A stretch of DNA of 64,000 nucleotides from Azolla caroliniana (taxonomy: Eukaryota; Plantae; Polypodiophyta). The DNA lies in assembly GCA_043228905.1 (NCBI GenBank), contig JBHGNT010000008.1, forward strand, positions 4,526,001 to 4,590,000. The letters are read 5' to 3'. This document shows, in pieces, positions 56,501-64,000 of the stretch. Below the pieces are notes generated by a model, which worked only from the letters and a program-made list of their open reading frames with translations, ran no database searches and had not been told where the DNA came from. The translations under genes and the position numbers were made by a program. Within the stretch, counting starts at the first letter, position 1. Each line of letters begins with the position of its first letter.

Positions 56501-59500
56501 GTTTATCACCCATCCAATTCCGGTTGGGCTCGTATCCACCGTCACATATATCGGGGTACCATCGGTGTAGTCGGCTTTTCGCAGTGTCGGAGCTTCCAAT
56601 AATAGTTTCTTTAGCTTTTGAACCGCATAGGTATGCTCATCTTCCCATTCGAACTTCTTCCTTTTCTTTAGTAATCCATACAATGGTTCAACGACATGAG
56701 CATAATGTGGAATCCATAGGTGATAAAATGCACATGCTCCCAAGAATCTTCGCACCTCTGTTTGAGACACACATTCTTCTTTCATCTCTTGAATAGCGTT
56801 CACCTTGGATGGAGATGGCTTCCGGCCATAAGACCCACATAAGTGTCCTACTACCAATATTTCTGATTGACCAAATGCAGACTTCTCTCCTGAAAACGTG
56901 AGATTTGCATCCTCAAGATTTTGGAACACCTTCTCGCTATCCTTTATATGATCGATGACGAATCTTCGGCAACCATCTTCATCTTTTGATTCATCTTTTT
57001 CTTCCGCGAAGCATCCTTTGATAAGAATATCATCTAAGAAGGGCATTGTGATATCGTGGATGCAATCCCTCAACACTTTATTCATGGCATTCACCATGTG
57101 GGCTACGGAATTTGTTGCACCTTGGGGTAAGGTGCACATCCTTACCAACCCGATCGGCGTCCTCATTGTCATTATGGCTCTACTATTGACGGCAATTGAA
57201 ACTAATCATAGCCCGAGTAGAGATCACCAATGGAATAGATCGATCTTCCCGCGAAGGCTTCGGCAAATTCATCCACGCTTGGACCAATTCCGGCAATTCG
57301 GATCGTCACCTTCTTGACGGGTTGGAGATCTTGTATAAAGCGTAAGGACCCGTTCTTCTTCGGCACCGTAAACCAACTATTAGAGTAGGGAGCATTGGAT
57401 GGCTCAAGAATTCCCATCCTAACCTTTTCCTTTAGAAGCTCAATCAACTTTGGAATGTGAGCTCTTGGAACCGGTATCGGCTTGAGGTTCCAAGGTACAT
57501 GCGGCACCGTAAAAATCACCATCGGCTCTATCATCTTTGGGTCAGCACATTCGATCTCTTGTGGAGAGAAGGCAAAGGCTTTCCCATGTCTCTCAAGCAT
57601 TCCGCGGAACATTCTCTCCTCTTCGGGGAGAAGGAAATCTTCCCTTCCAACTTGTAGCTTTCCTTTCGTCTCTTTGGTGAAGACATGACATATTGCCTTT
57701 GGATCCCTTAAGCTCGGATCATTAGCAACTTCCTTCATCTTTTGCCAACTATCTTCCGGTAGTGGAACCACAACTGGCTTGACCTTCTTATCCACCATTT
57801 TATATTTGGTGTTGACTTCAGCTTCCTCCATCAAGATGCCTCGATAATATTCATCGATGATAGCGTACATGTTGACGGAGTTAACCGAAATCACATTTTG
57901 ATCGTGAGGGTAGCTCAAGTCCACGACATCCTCGATTTCGCCAATGGTGTCATTAAATAAGGCTTCCTCTAGAATATGAGACACAAATTCTTCTTATTCG
58001 ATTATGCTTTCTTCTTTCAGCATCTTCTCATCTTGTATCCGACGCTTGTCCTTCTTGTTGAGTAGTGTTAGTTTAAATGCGCCACTAGGTGTCACACATG
58101 CTGCTTCTCCTTGCAATCCACTTAATTTGCTTCCTTGTGGGGACTTATGATTGCTTGGACTATTCGTGCCCCACGCTTCAATAGTCCGCTCTAAAAATCC
58201 GAGGATTCGCCTCCAAGGCTATCTCAGTTCCTTTCGTGATTAGCCCACACCGTAAGGAATTGAACAGATCTTTGATTGTCAAGGCTCTTGACTCGCGCGA
58301 AGGCCGCTCCATTATCGAACACCTTAGTCTCCATCCGGGACGATGTGATATATGGTTGTCCTAGGATGATGGGATGTGAAGCCGAGTCTTGCACGAAGAA
58401 GTGTTGATCCATCTCCACATCTCCGATTGTGACTTTAACATTGGGGCTAGCTCCGTACAAGTCTTCCGTGGCCTTCATTGCCGCTCATATCTTCCATCCG
58501 TGGTTTGTGTTGATCGACCATCTTCCTTTCTTATAGAATTCGGTCGACATGAGGTTGATCTCCGAACCATGGTCAATCAAGGCTACCACGGTCTCCTTCT
58601 TCTCTCCGATCTTCATCGGCGTCTCCATTGTCGCTCTTGCCCAATAAGGCCGTGAGTAATGGTTGTCCGCCATCACTTATTCTTCCTCCTCCTCTTGGGA
58701 TCTTTCCATGGTTATGGCACTTGTTTTCACCTCTTCTTCATCCGATTGTTGTTGCTTCCGCTTAATCAAGTCCACGATAATATCGTGGAACTCCTTCTTA
58801 GCGAACCCAAGTAGCTCTCTCAAAGTAAGGTCGACATGACTGTCTAAAACCTTCTCCTCAAGGACCTTCCGCAAGTTGGTTGTTTGTTCTATGTCCGACC
58901 TTAGCTTGTAAGTCGGCACCACTCGTTCGTTTCTTTTCTTCACAGATTCATTGATTTCCATCCGAGAAGGTTGGCTCGATCCACCGGGCTTCATGCTTGT
59001 TTCTCCTATCTCTTTTCGTGGCGTAGGTTGGGCTTGTCCTTCTTTCCCTGCATTCCTTGTATTATGATGCTTTGATGTGCCATCTTCTTCACCGGTTATT
59101 TTCCTCTTCTCTTCAACAAGAGCTTCATAGTTGTCACTCACAACCTCCGCAAAGCTTGTGTTATCGTCGACTGGATCCCACCATCCAATAACTCGTCGCA
59201 CATTCCGATCAGCATGTTTGAGATCCTCCAAATTGATTTTGCCTTTCTTTCCACACTCGAATACTGTTGGCCAAAACCCAACTCCCGGCTTGATCGTCTT
59301 TAGATTCTCTCTTCCGACTCGTATTCCCGCCGATGCGGCATAGTGCATGGCTTCCACATGCCTTGAATCTTCCTCTTCCATGATCTTTTTCAGCCCGCCT
59401 CTTCCGAAGTTCACTCGTAGTGGCTTTTGGGTCTCACTCGAGTGAATCATGTTGTCATCCAAATAGACGACATTCTTGCGAATCGCGTCTTGCAAGTCAG

Positions 59501-60517
59501 TGCACTCCCTTCGCAAGTGCTTGAAGCTGTTGCACCACACACATCTATACACTTCTTTTCCCTTGGGCCCGCGTCGACCTAAGTTGGCCAACGATACCGC
59601 TTCAAACTTCTTGGAGAGCTCTTCGATTATGGATTCTTCCATCACTTTCTTGTCGAAATTGTTGATTGACTTGCTAGGCTCGATCATCATAGACGCCTTC
59701 CACCTCCACGATTGTGGATTCTCCATATCAGTTTCCGCTTGCCATTGTCAACACTTATCACGACGGCTACAAGACTTCTTCACCGCCGCCCAGTCTGCTA
59801 CGAAGCCATTTGGTTGTGTTTCTGACGGAACTCAAGGTTCCTTATGCGCAATGCTCGGCCACAACCAAGCTTAAAATCATACACAGAAAATGTGAAATGA
59901 AACGCATGACACAAAGAGGAGAAGAGTACACAGGATGTTTACGTGGAAAACCCAAACTAGGGAAAAACCACGGCAGCCCACAGGCTGCAAACTATCACTA
60001 TGCTAGAATGTTAGTATTTATACTAATATGACTTTTCGGCTATTTACAAATATAGCCACGATGGACTCTCAGAAAACATATTTACGAATATGTCTCTTCA
60101 TCCGGTGAGCACTCCTCGCCGGGTCTGCACCATCCGGTTCTCCGTAGCCGGGTACTCCTCATACGGTTTCGGCCTCGGCCGAGTTTGTTCATCAGCACTG
60201 TTCTTCTCCCTTCCCATCTGGAGGGACCTGTCTCCTAACAGTTTCATCCTCCAAAAAGTTACCCAATTCACGCGGATCTTTCGCATCCACTACCTTCAGG
60301 AATAGTAGGACTTTATCTCCATCGAGAACTCGTTGATCAACACTCGGAAGTCGGTTATACTTCTGGTCAAATTCAGCATATACTACAGACGCACATATAT
60401 TCTTCCCTTTCTTCTCGATCCAAGACATTAGTGTATGTCGAGTCATCCGTGATGCGTCTTCAAGCATGTATTCAGCGAGAAGCCCCTTTTCGAACTCTGC
60501 CCAAGTTGCATGCTCGT
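53501..60517 (-). mobile_element. Ty3/gypsy element J (same group as B and G), degenerate; 5' part lies beyond the copia K insertion
   Basis: 3' LTR 53501-54982; PPT 54983-54994; INT/RH 55049-56314; RT 56465-57984; PR (LIDHGSEIN) ~58560; gag to 60517. Confidence 0.88.
59713..60085 (-). repeat. copia-type LTR fragment inserted in gag of J
   Basis: Carries the reverse complement of CCGTGGTTTTTCCCTA..GGGTTT.CCACGTAAACATC, as in the copia E LTR. Right boundary approximate. Confidence 0.6.
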
Positions 60518-63500
60518 TGTAAAAAGTAACGTGCGGAAGCAAGTATGAAGACCGAATAGAAGGAAGAAAACTCAGGTTTAATGGAGAGCTTGAGCTTACG
60601 CAGTATACGCGGGAGAGACAGAAAGAGTGAGAGAGAGAAAATACAAGAACTATATTCAACAACAACACTCAATCTCGATACAACGCTCTATACATATGTG
60701 TGTTCCATGAACACTTTTATACAAGTCCTCAAAGGACTGACCGAAGTACTGACCGTACTTCAATGCTCTTTAAGAGCTCCTACACTAACTCCCAAATATA
60801 TTCCTCAAGGAATATCTTTCCTAACGGCCTCCCGGTTTACGCACTTGGCCTAACCGATCGGTCCCAACCGATCCGGTCCTCGGCTTCTTCAGCCGATCCG
60901 GCCGATGTTGAGCTTGTCTCTCAACACTCCCCCTCAAGCTCAACTTCAGGCTCTTCGGGATCTTTAGGCTCACAGCTCCGGTTCCTCCTGGCTTCATGCC
61001 TCGCTCGCGCTCCTCGACCTGTTCGACTCCGCGCGCTTCAACCCTTTCGGTCAGCTTGTCTGCTCATGTGGCCCTTATCAGCTCTTCTGCTGTTGGGGTG
61101 TTGACGCTTCTCCTGCTGCCTTTTCTTCCGCTTGGGCCTCAGTTGATTCAGTGTATCTAAATCAAACATCCGAACCAACTCGGCTACCTCCGATCGGTTT
61201 TCGCTCTCGTCCGAGTTGGCTGTCTCCAACTCGTCTTCGGTCTTCTCGCCCTCGGTGGCGTCATCTTCCCCATGCGTGGTTGGCTTCGGCTCTCTCCTTC
61301 GGCTGCTCCCCTTCTGTCCGCTTCCGGACTTTTCCGCGGGTCCACCCTCGGCTTCTTCAGCCGATCCGAAGTCGAACTCGACAACCGACTCGGTGTCGCG
61401 GTCTCCGCTCCTTTCCTACTGCCTTGCTTGGTCGTTCGGGACTGTTCTCCCCCTCAAGTTTGGCACGTCGAGGTGACGCAATCCGAGCGCACCGGAGAAT
61501 TGCCGTAACTTGTCTAGACCAAGAGGCTTAGTGAAGATGTCGGCAATCTGCCGATCCGTCGACAAGTACTGAAGTTCGACTTCACCGGAAAGGACACGCT
61601 CACGGACGAAATGGTAGTGCACCTCAATGTGCTTGGTCCGTGCGTGGAAAACAGGGTTTTTCGCGAGCTGGATGTTGCTGAGGTTGTCTCAGTAGATCGT
61701 CGTCGGATCTGACACCTCCTCTTGCAGGTCCCTAAGTAGCCACTTCAACCATATGGCTTCACATGTCACGATAGCCGCTCCTTGGTACTCAGCTTCAGTG
61801 CTCGACAGTGCAACTGTCGGCTGCTTCTTACTGCTCCACGCGATCGCGGCACTCCCGAGGGAAAACGCATATCCGGACGTGGATCGGCGATCGGCGGCGT
61901 TGCCAGCCCAATCAGCATCGGTGTAGCCGACTAACTGCGCGGCTGCAGTGGTCCGATATAGCAGTCCCCGGTCCTTAGTGTCGTTGACATACCGAAGCAT
62001 GCGTTGCGCACACTGAAGGTGCTCCTCGGTAGGTCACGCCATGAACTGACTGATCACTCCGACCGGATAACTAAGGTCGGGTCGGGTGATGGTCAAGTAT
62101 ATGAGGCTTTCGACAATTTGTCGGAACCTCGTCGGGTCGCATACCTTTCCCGTATCGGGTCGAAGCTTGACGGTTCTGTCTAGAGGAGTCGAGACTGACT
62201 TACAGTCGGCCATCCCGAATTTGAAGAGCATACTCAGCACGTAGTGACGTTGGTTGATCAATATGCCTTTGGAGGTACAGATCACTTCGATCCCGAGGAA
62301 GAAATGAAGGTCCCCTAGATCCTTCATGTCGAACGATGCCGCAAGCTGGAACTTCACGCGGTCAATTTCACGTAGGTCGGTGCCGGTGATGACCAAGTCA
62401 TCAACACATAGTAAAATACTAACCGGTCCGAGTCGACCTTTCCGGATGAACAGGGAAGAGTCCGATTTTGACGTGACGAAGCCCATCCGACGCAGTTGTT
62501 GCGTGATCTTCGCGTTCCAGGCACACGAGGCTTGCTTCAGTCCGTAAAGGGACTTCTTCAGTCGGCATACTGCCGAGGAGTTCGTTCCGGAGTGAAAATC
62601 GGGGGGTTGTACCATGTACACCTGTTCCTCAAGGTCACCTTGCAGGAACGCATTCTTTACATCCATCTGATGTAAGTGCCACCCCTTCACCGCAGCTACT
62701 GCGAACAAAACACGGACGGTCATCATTTTCGTGACCGGCGCAAACGTCTCATCGTAGTCGATGCCGTGTTTTTGCGCGTATCCCTTTGCAACTAGCCGAG
62801 CTTTGTACCGGTTGACCATGCCATCGGTGTTATACTTGACCTTGTACACCCACCTACACCCGATCGGTTTTACCCCTCTTGGTGCGTCAACCAGGTCCCA
62901 GGTCTCGTTCTCCGCCAATGCGTGCATCTCTTCCTCCATCGCGGCACGCCAATTCGCGTCTTTAGCCGCTTCTGTGTAGCTCTCCGGCTCACGCACTTCC
63001 GCTACAGGGGTCATGTACGCATAATGATGCGCCATGTACTCGTTGTATCCGAACCGCAAAACAGGGTTCTTCTGGCGGGTAGATCGGCGTAATCTCACAT
63101 TAGCCGATGTCAAGGCCTTCTCGGTCGATGCGGTCTTCACCTTTAAAGACCCGTCACCGGTTCCCTCGGAGTCGGACTCGCGTCGTTCTGACTCGTTCCT
63201 ATCCGTGCCGGAATCCGACACCTTTTTCTTCCCTTTCTCTTTGCGCGTAAGCCATCTCCTCGGCTTCCTGCGCGGGGAATGCACGGCCGAGTCTCCACTA
63301 CTCGCCGGCTCTTCATTGGACTGGTCATACCGACTCAGTCATCTAATCGGTCCATTTAAACGGAGTGAAATCGGACTCTCTTCGCGGGTCTCGATTTCGG
63401 GCTCATCCGGAGGCATCTCGGCCTCGCTAACCTCATCGTTAGAGCTCGGATTGGAGCCGGGGTTCGGAGTCGGGGGCTGGTACCAGGACGCGGACTCGTC

Positions 63501-64000
63501 AAACACAACGTCGCGGCTAACACGCGCTTGTTTGGTGTGAGGGTTATAGCACTTATAACCCTTCTACTCGTCCGAGTAACCGACCAAGATGCATTTCTCG
63601 ACCTTTGCGTCCAGCTTCCTCCTTTTCTCCTTCGGTACATGCACATACGCAATGCTACCGAACACCCTCAAGTGTCGCAAGTTCGGCTTCGTTCCGAAGT
63701 ACAACTCGTGCGCCGACACTTTGTCTCCGATCCGGTTCTGGATGTATACCGCGGTTCTTACCGCCTCGGCCCAGTAGAACTTGGGCAAGCTGTTCTCCTC
63801 CAACATTGCCCGTGCCGCTTCCACAACTGACCGATTCTTCCTCTCGGCCACGCCGTTCTGCTCTGGCGTGTATCTACAACTGAATTCGCGCTGAATTCCC
63901 ATTTGTTGTAGATAACTGTTGAATTCACCAGAAAAGTACTCTTTCCTGCCATCCGACCGCAGGCACTTGATCTTTCGTCCCGTTTCCGTTTCCACGAACC
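60518..64000 (-). mobile_element. Ty1/copia element K, 3' part (continues beyond the window)
   Basis: 3' LTR 60518-60926; PPT GAGGGGGAG; RH 61416-62000; RT 62034-63284; INT 63564-63995. Confidence 0.9.

Overview
Eukaryotic, intron-bearing DNA that is almost entirely transposon-derived. It is most consistent with a non-seed land plant (fern or bryophyte); this is inferred from the copia/gypsy types and the plant tRNA-Trp and tRNA-iMet primer sites. No intact host gene is visible. The window is a nest up to 5 layers deep of Ty1/copia elements, tRNA-Trp-primed Ty3/gypsy elements and solo LTRs, a chromovirus fragment and a LINE fragment. The standout is an 8.2-kb cut-and-paste DNA transposon (2652-10880; 37-bp TIRs, TTCT target duplication, Sola1-like DDD transposase) inserted in a gypsy integrase gene. 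Divergently from its transposase it carries a five-exon spliceosomal gene encoding a ParB/Srx-like domain fused to a prokaryotic-type beta-class DNA amino-methyltransferase (6mA/4mC type), with an array of palindromes in intron 1. This copy is pseudogenised. The Trp-primed gypsy family shows three further unusual traits: a conserved G_GAU_UUU -1 frameshift cassette after the protease, apparent targeting of CpG-centred 4-bp sites, and tRNA-like Pol III A/B boxes inside some LTRs.
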